A DNA stretch of 64,000 nucleotides, taken from contig JBLWGC010000211.1 in the NCBI GenBank assembly GCA_048772705.1, positions 42,795 to 106,794 of the forward strand, in the 5' to 3' direction. The position numbers and the translations under genes were made by a program. The notes beneath the pieces are model-generated. The model had not been told where the DNA came from. It ran no database searches and saw only the letters and a list, made by a program, of their open reading frames with translations. Shown here one piece after another: positions 20,967 through 32,120 of the stretch (position 1 is the stretch's first letter; each line of letters opens with the position of its first letter). The stretch is from Leidyana gryllorum EB-2025a. Taxonomy: Eukaryota > Protista > Apicomplexa.

Positions 20967-23900
20967 ATGCGTTCTCGGGACCCCTCCCCGTCGAGGGGAC
21001 AGATGACAATCACTCTCAAGACGGCGGCAACTGCCGCTGGTGAACCTGATGAAACAGTGAGTGCTGCCTATATTTGTATGGATGTACTGTGTGCCCCAGG
21101 CGCGCGTGCGCATAGAAGTGAACAACCCTGAGCTGGTTGCTGAGCGCGTTGTAAATCAGTTGGCTAAAAGGTTCCCACCGGAGAGTGTAGTCACTCTGGC
21201 CGCTGGCGGCGGCGGAGGAACGACTACAGAGGACGATGACACACTTCCTGGTGGAACCGAAGATGGAGACACCGTATCATGTGGGGAGCGTTTGGCTTCG
21301 AACGGCAGTTGGAAGCCTCGAAAGGTTACAGGACGACTGCTACCGTCAGACTGCGGGTCGACAGAGTGTATCAAAGACTTATGGCAGGCGCAGTTCTATC
21401 TCGTCAGTAGTGATTTGGACATGGCTGTGCCAGTCTGCGAGAATCAGGAACGCGTGCGTCTATGTGACCGCTCTTCAATCCCTGTCAACCCTAATGATGT
21501 TATGACGGTTTGGCACGATGAAACGGGTCACGCGACCGTTGCGGCTCGCGGCTATGCTCGATACCCCCCCACACTGAGCGCCGAGCTGCCGGTACCGGTC
21601 GAGAACCGAGGAGTCAGCCGCTTCTGCCAAGACTTCCTCATCTCTGACGAACTGGAACGAGCTGTACCATTATGTCCAGGACAAACTCAATTGCATCTCA
21701 TTGACGACAATGTAGTTCCTGTCAATCCTTCTGAAGTCTGCACCGTGCACTACGGTGACAGAGGCATTGCCCTCTTTCATCGCAAACACGATGGCACAGT
21801 TCTGCCCGGCCTACCTATCAAACCCGGCCTCGCCTACTGCGCTGTCCCCCACAGAGTTCGATCCACTCAAGCCACTCCACTCAGCGCTGCACGCGTACCT
21901 ATCAATCGCGACGGACGACCCGATATCCACGTGGTCCTCTACGACGATAGTGGTCTCCCTATATGTGTTCGAGGACCCACTGGAGGCTTGGTGCCCGATG
22001 GGCTGAAGCAGAAGGGGTCCGCGTGCTCCGTCGAGTATTATTGGACGACCCCCAATGGAAACAAAGGCTCTTCCACCCGCATATCCGTTATGGGACCCGA
22101 CAATCGCGCAACTCTCATCAATGGTGACACCGTCACGGTCGCACCTGCTGACCTTTCGGTTGTATTAAGACACCGCGAAAGCAATGCAGACGACAAATCG
22201 GCCACAGCCGCAATCTCCTCTCGGATCAATGACGGCTTGCGATCCTCGCCACTCTCCAACAGCACTCCCAACCGTAGGCTCAGACCTCCAATAGACTCAG
22301 ACGAGGACGACCTCGACGACGACGACGACGACCTCCTCGATGACAATGACGACGCTATGATGATGGACCAAGTCGACGATAGAAGGCCCTATCGAAGCAG
22401 TAGGCGCCCTCGCCGAGGGGATAGAGATCACGATGGACGCATTCCCCATGCTGTCCGTGAACGCGATGTCAAAGCCTCGGCCCGTGCTGCTGATCTCCGG
22501 CGCGGCCGTGATCACCGTTCGAGTCCTCTCCGCTCTCACCGACCGCCTCCATCATCAGCCGACGAACTCAGTGAAGACGATCTGCCGACAACTCGGCGGA
22601 GGCGCGCATCTCCTCTACGGAAAATGGTCAGCGAAGCCTATGACGACCGCACACGGACGAGCAAACAAAGACGGCCACCAACTAGTCCCACTCGTCGCCG
22701 AGAATCCGACAGCATCGAAATGGATACTTACGCGTCATCATATGAGGCTCCTAGAAGACGGAGACAAGACTCCCCCACATGGATTACACAAACAGCCTCA
22801 ACAACAGATTCTGTCTTCGACGAAGATGATGAGGATTTGGCCGTCAAAATCAATCGACGGGACCCGTCCGCAGAAACTTACGCCCGCTCCCAAACATACT
22901 TTCTCCCAGCCAAGCTGGACTTCGCCATACCCGTCCAAGCAGACCAGTCACATGTCAAACTCGCCAACGGCGATAAACTCGTAATTCAAGTAGGTCTCAA
23001 TGCCGTCGGTGCCGATACGTGTTTGCTGTCCTCGACGGACGCTAATATCTCGTCCTTTGGTGCCTGTAGTGTGTTTTTGTCAACGATGTCTTCTCACAGA
23101 GTGTGTGTTCATAGTGTGTGTTGGCGCTCGATTTTGTTGATTGAACTCCATTTTCATGCACATTGCAGCCTTCACAAACGTTCACGGTGGAATATGACCG
23201 CCGTGGATTCCCAATGAAGACGGTGTACTCTGATGGCTCGACGACCTCATGGATGCCGAGTCGTCAGGGTGTAGCTGCCAAGTTTCAGGACTATTTTGTG
23301 CACAAAGATCTGTTGCAAGCAGTTCCAATTCGACCGGGACAGACCGAAGTGGTGTTGAATGATGGCACCACGGTGTCGGTACCCGATAGCAACGTCATGT
23401 CTGTATTCTATGACGGTTCGGGTCGGGCAGCTTTCACGATCAGCGGTTCGAAGAAGCGGATTCGGCCGGGTCTGGTTACGAAGAGCGGGATTGCGCACTC
23501 AGTACAATATCTGAATATGGTTGATGCTGGTGACGGTTCGGGGGAGCAGTTCGTGGTCCCCTTCAAGGCTCACCAGAAGGAGGTGCCTGATCCGCGCAAG
23601 CCATCCCGAAAAATGACAGTGAATCGCAAGGCCATAACGGTGGCCTTTTTCGATAAATCTAAGAAGCCGCTTTACACGCAGCTGCCTGACGGCACAATCA
23701 TTGGCGGCGGGCTGGCTGGTTCGCGTTTGACGACGAGCGAAGAGGCATCAACGTTTGATAACTCAAGTCTTCTGAGTGACTCATCCAGTCCCGGCCTCAG
23801 ACCCCTTCAATACTCGGAGCGCCCTCGCCGCATATCCTTAGGCAGGGTGGCACAAGGGCACAAGTCTTCTCGCGTGCGCAAGAACAGCCAGTCGGTGAGT

Positions 23901-24996
23901 GACCCCAGTGGCATATTTCATGTGTCTGATCAGCATCTACCGCACGAACAACAACAACACATTGCTGAGGAATCTCATCAAAGTGCTCGTTCTCGAACTG
24001 ATTCTGCGTTGCGATCAAAGAGACAAGAGATCATTGAAATTCGCATTCCCGTTCAGCAAGTCGAATACATTGACAAGATTGTGGAGGTGCCGGAGATTCA
24101 TTATGTGGACAAGCACGTAGAGGTAAGCGTGGTTTGTTTGTTCGTCGGCTGGACTTAGTGAGGGGCCCGGCCGCCCTTGTGCACCCAACTACCCCTCCAA
24201 GACCACTCGCGCAACTTGCAGCCACAGCTTCATTTTTTCAGGTGGAGCAAGTTGAGTGGCAGACGAAAATAGTTAAGAAGAAGGAGGTGATTGAGCGCCC
24301 TGTGGAGCACATCAAATACGTTCCCAAGGTGGAAACTAAGATAGTGGAACACATTCTCGAGAAACAAGAGGTAAGGCGCTGACGCCGGCGGCCCCAGTAT
24401 ACATTGTGTGTCTGTAGTTTATCGAGGTTCCTGTGCCGAAGATCATCGAACAGAAGAAAAAGGTTGACCGTTTTGTGGATACCAAGAAGAACATCACCGT
24501 ACAGCAAACCATTCGGCCAGTGATCAAAGATACTCTGGAGATATACGAGGATGTGGAATGTCTGACCTTGGAGCCTGAGTTGATCCCAGTGGACGTTTTT
24601 GTGCCACGCTTGGTCAAGAGTCGGTTGATCGCGGTGGGTACGACTAAAGAGGAGCACAAAGAAGTGGACGTGCCGCTCGCTCACTACAATTCCTTGCTGC
24701 TCAAGATGAATCCGACATTTGCCAACAATTACGAGAAATTGCCAATGATCAAGAATGCCGGAGGATCGTTCCCTCTGCTTCCCAGCGATCAGCAAGTGAC
24801 GGTTCTTGCGCCAACCGCAGAAGAAATCACTCAGGTTCTCAAGACGGCAGGTGTAGTGTCTCGCAACGCTACTCAAGCCGAAGCCACACGCATAGCCAAC
24901 CGCGCTCGTCGACGATCTTTAACAGACGAGGAGTCTGTGGGTCAGTTCGCTCCTCGCACCTGTGTCATCGATCCACATTCGTTCTCTCATCACTGA
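20967..24996 (+). CDS. Large alveolin/IMC-repeat protein with N-terminal uncharacterised repeats
   Basis: Introns at 21057-21099, 22990-23168, 24123-24241 and about 24371-24417 join the ORFs in frame. The C-terminus has Val/Glu/Lys/Pro repeats EYIDKIVEVPEIHYVDKHVE and IEVPVPKIIE, typical of alveolins. Confidence 0.75.
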
Positions 24997-25546
24997 AAAT
25001 ATACAACAAATCAATGCCCCCTTTTTTTCTCTTTCTTTGTGTCTTGATTGTGATTGAATAGCTCCTCCTCACTCTCTTCAACAAAAATCTCCAAACCCCT
25101 CAACAAAGATTATGCTCACGGCTGTGTGCATTCGAAGCAAGGAAGGAATGAAGGAGTCAGAGACTCACACACACACGCCCGCTCCGGTGCACTTAGCCAA
25201 CATATCAATTAGGTTGCTACCAGTCCGGCACACAGACAAACAAGCACACAGCCAGCCTGGGAGGGATTTGGGAGACAAACAGGCGGTAGCAGAATCATTG
25301 GTCGATTGAGATACATGCGACTGGATAGATGGACAAATTGGTGTGAGTGCGCTGGTGAGAACAGACAGACAGTCAGATGGATGGATAGATCGATCGACCG
25401 ACCATCCACCGATCGATTGATCGTATATGCGTGGCAGTCAGAACGTGACTTTCACAGCCAAGTATTCTACTACTTGACCTGCGAGCACTATGAAGGTATA
25501 TCTGGAAATGATGAATGAAGGTAAGTATTGTGTGAATCTATTGGCA

Positions 25547-26899
25547 TCACGGAATGATGGCTTGAGTGGTGACCAGTTGTTCAATTGTTCGCGCCACCAG
25601 CCTGCCCAAATCGGTACGACTGAATATACCCGTGAGCAGACCGCGGTCGTCCACCAGGAATATACGCTGGATGTCGGCAGCCAACATCCGTTGTACCACG
25701 AAACGCAACGGCGTCTTCTCATTGACACTAATCGATGGAAACTTCGACTTCAGGTCCAGCTGACGCACACGACTGACGTAATTGAGCGTCGGAGCCATCA
25801 ACAAACGTTCCCGTGGCGCTTGCAGATCTCCAGGCCGCAACAAAAATGGTCGAATGTCTCGCACCGAGATAACGCCAAGACTTCGACGCGGAGCTTCCTG
25901 GTCAACAACCGGCATCGCGGTGTAACCGGTCAACACCAAACGCTGCAAGGTGTCCAAAAGACAGTCAGTCTCCAGTGCTACCCGTAGTCGACCGCATCGC
26001 CATGATTCGCTCACATTCAACATCTCCGCGTCCGCCCCACTGGCACGCGAACTAGCGGACCCTGCCGGTGCTGCCAAGGCAACGTCAAAGGCCGACGAGC
26101 TCTTCCCGTCTAATCTTGAGAAAAAGTCAGCTTTGTGAAGGAGGGAGAACAAGTCGGAAGCACTGAAAATCCGTTGAAGGCTCAGTTGGCCCGTCGAATG
26201 GTCAAAAGAGAATACAGGAACACGCGGACTAATTTCAAAAGCGCGCACCAACACCTGAAACGGATCGTCCTCCCAACATGGAACAAACGTATTGCGCCCA
26301 GAAGCATTGGCAAGTTCACCACAAGGTTGAGCAAGCAAGTTCTCAACTGCCACGTCGATCGCGGAATGTGCTGTATATCGGCGGCGATCTTCTATTTCGT
26401 TCTCGTCATTCGACGATGTTGTGTCCGAGGCTCGGGAAAGCAATGGAAGGAGACTTTGCATTTCGGCGATCTCATTCGCTGCACTGTCGATAAAGTATTT
26501 GAGCACATCGCGCATGTCAATCATGCGGAAGTATTGCCGGATCACTTCAGCGGAAGGGCGATTCTTGGATGGTGGCAATCTGACTGAGTGGCTGGGGGAA
26601 TCGCACACCATGGCGGTTCGCACATGATGTTTGTCCATAGTTCGGAGAGCTTCAGCCATGCTGGTTTCTGACGCAAAACACAACGTTTGTTGAGGCGGCA
26701 AAAAAGAACTGGCCGCGTCCATGAACGGACGAGCCAAGATGCCCTGCATTTTGCGGATCGGACTGGGGGAGGCAGGAGTGAAGACCAGGTTCGGCATCGA
26801 TACGCCGCGGCCTACTTGCCGGCTCTGGAAAACCGAAGGCAGACATTTTAAAGCGGGCACTAAGGCCGCCCGCTTAACCACCAGCGCGGGACGCAGCAT
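25547..26899 (-). CDS. CBS-domain protein (about 4 CBS motifs, AMPK-gamma/SDS23-like), intronless
   Basis: SMAEALRTMDKHHVRTAMV, YTAMPVVD..SLGVISVRDI and IQRIFLVDDRGLLTGIFSRTDL; basic N-terminal extension. Confidence 0.8.
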   Translation of the reverse strand: MLRPALVVKRAALVPALKCLPSVFQSRQVGRGVSMPNLVFTPASPSPIRKMQGILARPFMDAASSFLPPQQTLCFASETSMAEALRTMDKHHVRTAMVCDSPSHSVRLPPSKNRPSAEVIRQYFRMIDMRDVLKYFIDSAANEIAEMQSLLPLLSRASDTTSSNDENEIEDRRRYTAHSAIDVAVENLLAQPCGELANASGRNTFVPCWEDDPFQVLVRAFEISPRVPVFSFDHSTGQLSLQRIFSASDLFSLLHKADFFSRLDGKSSSAFDVALAAPAGSASSRASGADAEMLNVSESWRCGRLRVALETDCLLDTLQRLVLTGYTAMPVVDQEAPRRSLGVISVRDIRPFLLRPGDLQAPRERLLMAPTLNYVSRVRQLDLKSKFPSISVNEKTPLRFVVQRMLAADIQRIFLVDDRGLLTGIFSRTDLGRLVARTIEQLVTTQAIIP

Positions 26900-27161
26900 T
26901 TGTTCACCTTTTCCCCTCAAAGTTGAGGGCAAGCAAAAAAAACATGACACACGTGTGTGCCGCCGAGCTCTTATCGCGCTGTTGTCGCTCTTGGGAATCA
27001 ATCAATCGTAACATTGGATGTCAACAATGTGTTGAGTTCAGAGGTGGAGAGGATATTTCCCGGAACGAGATATCCGTAAATAAGACAGTCGCAATGGACC
27101 TGCCAGCACTCCAGTCAGCCAGCTCCCGAATAGTTCCTTCCACAGAGCATCGATTTCTGCC

Positions 27162-28286
27162 CTACGGAAGTGCTGCAAGGCCGGCAATATGACGGGTAAC
27201 ACGTTTTGTAAGGCGACAAGTCAAAATCTCTGGGGGGCAATCGAGTTTGGTGGCGACAACATGGAGCGGTAACTTGCCACCCCAGAGAATCACATCATCT
27301 CCAACGCGATCCAGAGAGTCTATTCCAAGATCAACTAAGGTGGTATCCATACTAGGTTGATCCACAATCTCACAATAACGCCCATTAACATAGACAGGCA
27401 TCCCACGAGGAACCGCTGAGGGGTATCCGTCACCATAGCCCACTGAGACGACACCCAGACGAGTGTCTGCCGAGCACCGTCGTTTCTGGTCAAAGCCGAC
27501 AGCTTCTCCTTGGCGACATTCACGTATCGAGATAATCTTCGCTTTCAACGTCATGACTGGGCGCAAATCGATATGCGGTAGTCCACGGGGTTCACGTTCA
27601 CCGACATAACGATGCGACAACGGCCAGATCCCATACAGCATTCGGCCAAGCCGCACTGTCTCCGCAGCAATCTCGTTAGGGTAGAGTAGCAGACTGCCTC
27701 CGTCAGTGAGGCACTTTAAGCCCGCACGTCCTTTTGTGAACTGCTCAAAATCACTGACTTCTGAACTCGTGATGAGCTTCCCTTCGGGAGCATTTGACGC
27801 ACTCAAACGGGATACAAAGTTGGGTGGCTGCTTGACATTGACACACGTCGAGAGTCTTTGAAGTGCCCACACACGCGCACTCGCTTCACGAAATCCAGTT
27901 GTATGCAAGCCCAAGTCCAGCTCCAACCAAACAGCACAAGGTCGTTCTAGTTTGACGGTTTCCAGTAGAGTTAACTGAATTTCGGAGTGACAAACGATAT
28001 CGCAGGCTTCTCGGGCCAGACGGCGTAAGTCCGCAGGAGTCCACACGCCAGAGAGTACGATAATAGGTCTAAGGATGCCACTCAGTCTTAGTTCAAAGGC
28101 TTCACTGGGCCGAGCCACGGCGAAGCCGTCAACCTCATTTTCAAGGGCTCGGGCTATCGGTATGGCTCCATGGCCGTAGGCGTCGGCTGATAAGACAGCA
28201 TATACTCGGCTTCCAGCCGGAACTAGCGTCTTGGCTTGATGCAGATTATGCAGTACATTACCGAGTTCGACGATTGCAGTGGCCAT
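27162..28286 (-). CDS. alr: Alanine racemase homolog (gammaproteobacterial Alr-like), catalytically degenerate
   Basis: AVLSADAYGHG, FAVARPSEA, LRPVMTLKAKII, GYGDGYP, SMD and GDDVILWG are collinear with bacterial Alr. The PLP-binding Lys is Ser and the catalytic Tyr is Phe. Confidence 0.92.
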   Translation of the reverse strand: MATAIVELGNVLHNLHQAKTLVPAGSRVYAVLSADAYGHGAIPIARALENEVDGFAVARPSEAFELRLSGILRPIIVLSGVWTPADLRRLAREACDIVCHSEIQLTLLETVKLERPCAVWLELDLGLHTTGFREASARVWALQRLSTCVNVKQPPNFVSRLSASNAPEGKLITSSEVSDFEQFTKGRAGLKCLTDGGSLLLYPNEIAAETVRLGRMLYGIWPLSHRYVGEREPRGLPHIDLRPVMTLKAKIISIRECRQGEAVGFDQKRRCSADTRLGVVSVGYGDGYPSAVPRGMPVYVNGRYCEIVDQPSMDTTLVDLGIDSLDRVGDDVILWGGKLPLHVVATKLDCPPEILTCRLTKRVTRHIAGLAALP

Positions 28287-28339
28287 TACAGTCTGTTTGA
28301 CGAGAGGTGTCCCATCCGGGACCAACGGCTAACAACAAC

Positions 28340-29188
28340 TCAGAAACAGCATCCGCACCACACTGGACTGCGTTGCTTTCGCACATTATCGGACTCGCTG
28401 AACGATCCAATGCGCTTGAGCACCTTTCGGTCGCGATCACAACATCCGCAACAATTCAGGAAGCCACAACAACCTTCTGAACGGTCAAAAGCGCCACAAC
28501 AACAGATATTGTTGCAGCCGCCCAGACACCCTTTGTCACGCTTGGAAATGTAATACTTGCGATGGGGTCGATTGCTCATCACATGGGCACGCGGATCCAT
28601 TCCGCCACCCACGTTCTCGTAAGCATGTATTGAAGCTTGACGTTGACGAACAGCAAAACTCTCCGGAGCACCGTATACTGCAACACGTGTCTCTTCACAA
28701 AAGCCGAGGATGCGCGCACACACAAACAACAAACCACCTCACGAAGCAGAGCGAGTAGACATGCCACTGAAAGGAAGGAAAGGAAGAGAGAACGCACGAG
28801 AGGCACGAATTCTATAAGACTTACAAGGAGGGGCTGCGGCTGCTACTGCTGGATGATGATATTCAGGAGGGGGCATCATTGGAGGAACTCGATGATGATA
28901 GGGCGCAGCGTCAGCAGCTAAGCGGTAAGCATCAGGCTGATGATGCATGGTGGCGTAAGAAGCGATTTGATTTGTGGCTAGTGCTAAACTGTTTCTGGTC
29001 ATATCGTCCTCTAAAGATCGTCTATGACGGATTTCTGCCCGCGGGGGAGTGCTACGATGTCGGTGGCGAGCTACGCCATCATGCTGGCGTCCGCTGGCCT
29101 CAGCCGTCCGTCCCGTACGCCGGTCGTCCGGCGAGTGGTGCCGCCGGCTGGGGCTTTTGGAATGGTGGTGGTGGCGATGTTTGGGCAT
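28340..29188 (-). CDS. His/Arg-rich and Cys-cluster hypothetical exons, possibly the 5' part of the Alr-like gene
   Basis: The MPKHRHHHH... exon can splice (donor at 28824) in frame to the exon encoding GCLGGCNNICCCGAFDRSEGCCGFLNCCGCCD. Confidence 0.5.
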
Positions 29189-29363
29189 CGTGAAAAAAAC
29201 GCGCTTTTTTAGGTGTGTGCCGGGTGGCAACGCCAGTGAGAGATAGCTGTAGTACACCAGAGTTGGTGGGACATTAGGATTACTCGAAACCTTCACAGGT
29301 GGTGCTACGAAAAAATAATAGTGGGTGCTGGGGCCACACACCAACTGCACAACCGTAAAAACG

Positions 29364-31980
29364 ATGGAGCTGGTTCCCGGAAAGCTGCGGGAATTCCGTC
29401 AAAGGAGCTTCTGGACGCGCTTCTATGCTGAAAGGGCGCCCGAAGAGGTGATGGAATGGTAGGTGGCTTTTGGTTGTCAATACAGTACATCCCTTTGGTA
29501 CTGTAGGTATGGGACCATCGCGGATGTCAAGCCACTGTTTCAAACGGAACTCAATGACACCGAGAAGACTGCGGAAGGGCCTAGGACGCGTGGCACAAAC
29601 TCCCCGCCTCAGCGCAAACCCACACGTAATGTTTCGGTCCTGAACTGTGGTTTCGGTTCTTTGGAGCTTGCTGAAAGGCTGCACGACGATTTGGCGTAAG
29701 TGAAGGTGTGCTATGAGCTGCTACGTTGTCCCTTACAGCATCCGCGACATATGCACTCTGCATGGTTCCGCGCAACTTGTGTCGGGAATGGAACAGCGTA
29801 ACGCTGCTAAAAGGCCTGACCTCAAGTTTGTGGCGTTGACCACGAAGCTCACGGACACGTTTGGCGCAGCATCATATGACTGGGTGATCGATCGGGGCAG
29901 TTTCGACCACGTTTTGATGAGCTGTGCTGAAAACGAAACCGCAACGGTGGCAGCCCGTCATCTAGAGAACGCGCTCGAAGTGCTGCGTCCCAACGGCAAG
30001 TTGATCCTAATCACGTTGGGCCAGGGGGCTGTGCTCAAGGCCTTAGTTACCTTCTTGAAGGACAAGAAGATGGTTATGCGTCTGTATCCGATCGGGTTGA
30101 AGGAGAATGGAATGAACGCCAATGTATTTGATCCCGTCTGCTTCGTTATTCAGAACCGATCGGACCCAGAAGAACCAGACCATCCGATGGTTACGGTTGA
30201 TTACCGTTTTACCACCATGGAAGCACGGAACGCTTCCAATCGTGTTAGTATCTATCAAATCTTCAAGGTGGTCAAAGACGAAAGGAAGCGAGCCTATGCT
30301 CAAGCGAATATCATGGACTACCATCCAGGAAACTTGATTTTCTTCGATCTCCTGGGCTCTGACAGCAAGGGGGGTGAAATGTCTTACTCTCTCAGTGCTT
30401 ACGACAGGACCTATCCTCGTTTTGCTTCGGCCGACAAGCGAAGCAAATTCTTGAGGACTCTGAGACCTACCATTGCCATATTGGCACCCCAAGCTGATCA
30501 ACACCATTGGCTTTACAAAACGGTGCATGGCCACCAACGGCTATGTGAACGTGCAGGTTGTCGTCGCGTCATCTGCGTCTTCCTACCTGACTTCGGTCCT
30601 CTATCTGAGAGAGCGCTGAACCCAACTGACACCGTCAACAAGATCAAAGAAGACCTCACCCGGTCACTGATCGAGCTGGCTGTGGACAAGCGCAACCCTG
30701 TCCTCCTCATGACGCAACAGGAAAATTTCTGTGACGAACGTATCCCTGTGCACAAGTGCGAATCCGGCCACGCTGGCAAGATCCTCGTCTTTGATGCTAT
30801 CGTCGACGAAGACGATGAGGAATTCAAGGAGGTTCCCGAAGATGATCTGGCAGCAGCCAACGAACACAAGCCCGCACGACCATCGAAGTACAAGCGAAGG
30901 ACTATGATCTTTGAATGTAACCCTCGTATGGCCCAGACTGAAGTCTGGTACACCACCAATAACGATAAGGTATGGCTTCACGTCTTACTTCCCTCAACTT
31001 CTGCAGATTGAATTCGACTACCAACACATTTGCCACGCATATCACCTCCTCTTGCTTGCTGGCCTGCACTCACTGAATCTAGTACCTCTGGAGAAGCCAT
31101 ACACGGCGGCGCTTTTGGGACTGGGTGAGTTGGCCTCTCCTCTCACCGGCATTCACTCATTAATGCAGGCGGTGGCATGCTTGCCTCGACACTCAAGAGC
31201 ATTTTCGGCACACATCTCGACCTCACTTCCGTCGAACTGGATCCGGCAGTGGCTGAGATTGCGCAAAAGGTACGTTTCGGAACGTACATAACCCTGATAT
31301 TGAGTTGCGACAGCATTTTGGCTTCACTGTCGGCCCCGGAAACCAATTGGCTATTGCGGATGGGTGCCAGTGGGTGATTGACAACAAGGCTACTAAACTC
31401 AACTTCCTGATCCTGGATATCAATGCGTCTCAAGGAGAGATTGGAGCCGGCTACGAAGGCGTGTCTTGCCCCCCTGCTGTCTTTCTGGGCGATCAATTCT
31501 TGCAGGCAGTCCATGAACAGCTAAAAACAGAAGGTGAGTTGTGTGCTCTGTCCACCAAAATCACGGTGACTTCAGGTGTTATGCTGATCAATTCCGTCTG
31601 CCATCAAGCCCGTGGACGCGACCGACTCATTCAAAAGCTCAAGGAGGTCTTCCCTGAGGTTTGCACGCTCAAGTATTCTGAGGTAGGTCCATCTCCGGCA
31701 CCTTTGTGTAATCCTTCTACAGGATCTGAATGAAGCAATAATCTGCTACAAGACACGCCGGCAACCTGTCAAAGCTGAGGGATTGGAAGATCTGATCCCG
31801 ACTACGACTCAGGATATCCGCGTGATCTTGAATGAAATGGTATGCACCATGTGTTTTTTCACAACATTCCGATTCTACCTACAGAAGGGCTCCTGGCCGG
31901 TTATACAGAAGGTTATGGAGAAGACACCGATGTATCTTAGCAAATATGCGCGCTTCAACGCAGTTATGGAGCAGTTCTAA
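29364..31980 (+). CDS. METTL13: eEF1A lysine/N-terminal methyltransferase (METTL13-like, two MTase domains)
   Basis: MELVPGKLREFRQRSFWTRFY...EWYG, DWVIDRGSFD, LLGLGGG, VELDPAVAEIA and SCPPAVF; multiple short introns. Confidence 0.82.
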
Positions 31981-32120
31981 GTCAGATCGTGTTCGAGCAC
32001 TTTTTGGGACATTGGAAGACTTCGTCACCCGGTTCCGGAGACGCGCCCTATACAAACACGAAGTGGCACCCTTGCCTCAGCACTTTCGGAAGTCAAGCTT
32101 GAAGTGTTAAATCGCTAACA

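Noticed and set aside
24997-25546. Longest intergenic gap, with GATG/GATC/CAGA tetranucleotide runs and an ATGATGA box-C-like word at about 25506
   Set aside because: It is a low-complexity convergent 3' UTR region, and the nearest downstream CTGA lies inside the opposite-strand CDS, so no ncRNA is supported.
25547-28286. CBS gene + alr as a co-transferred bacterial operon fragment
   Set aside because: The CBS protein is long, with four motifs and a eukaryote-like N-terminal extension; nothing beyond adjacency supports common origin.
27162-28325. Bacterial contamination as the source of the alr-like ORF
   Set aside because: It has no operon neighbours, is tightly embedded among eukaryotic genes and is catalytically degenerate; read-level confirmation is still advisable.
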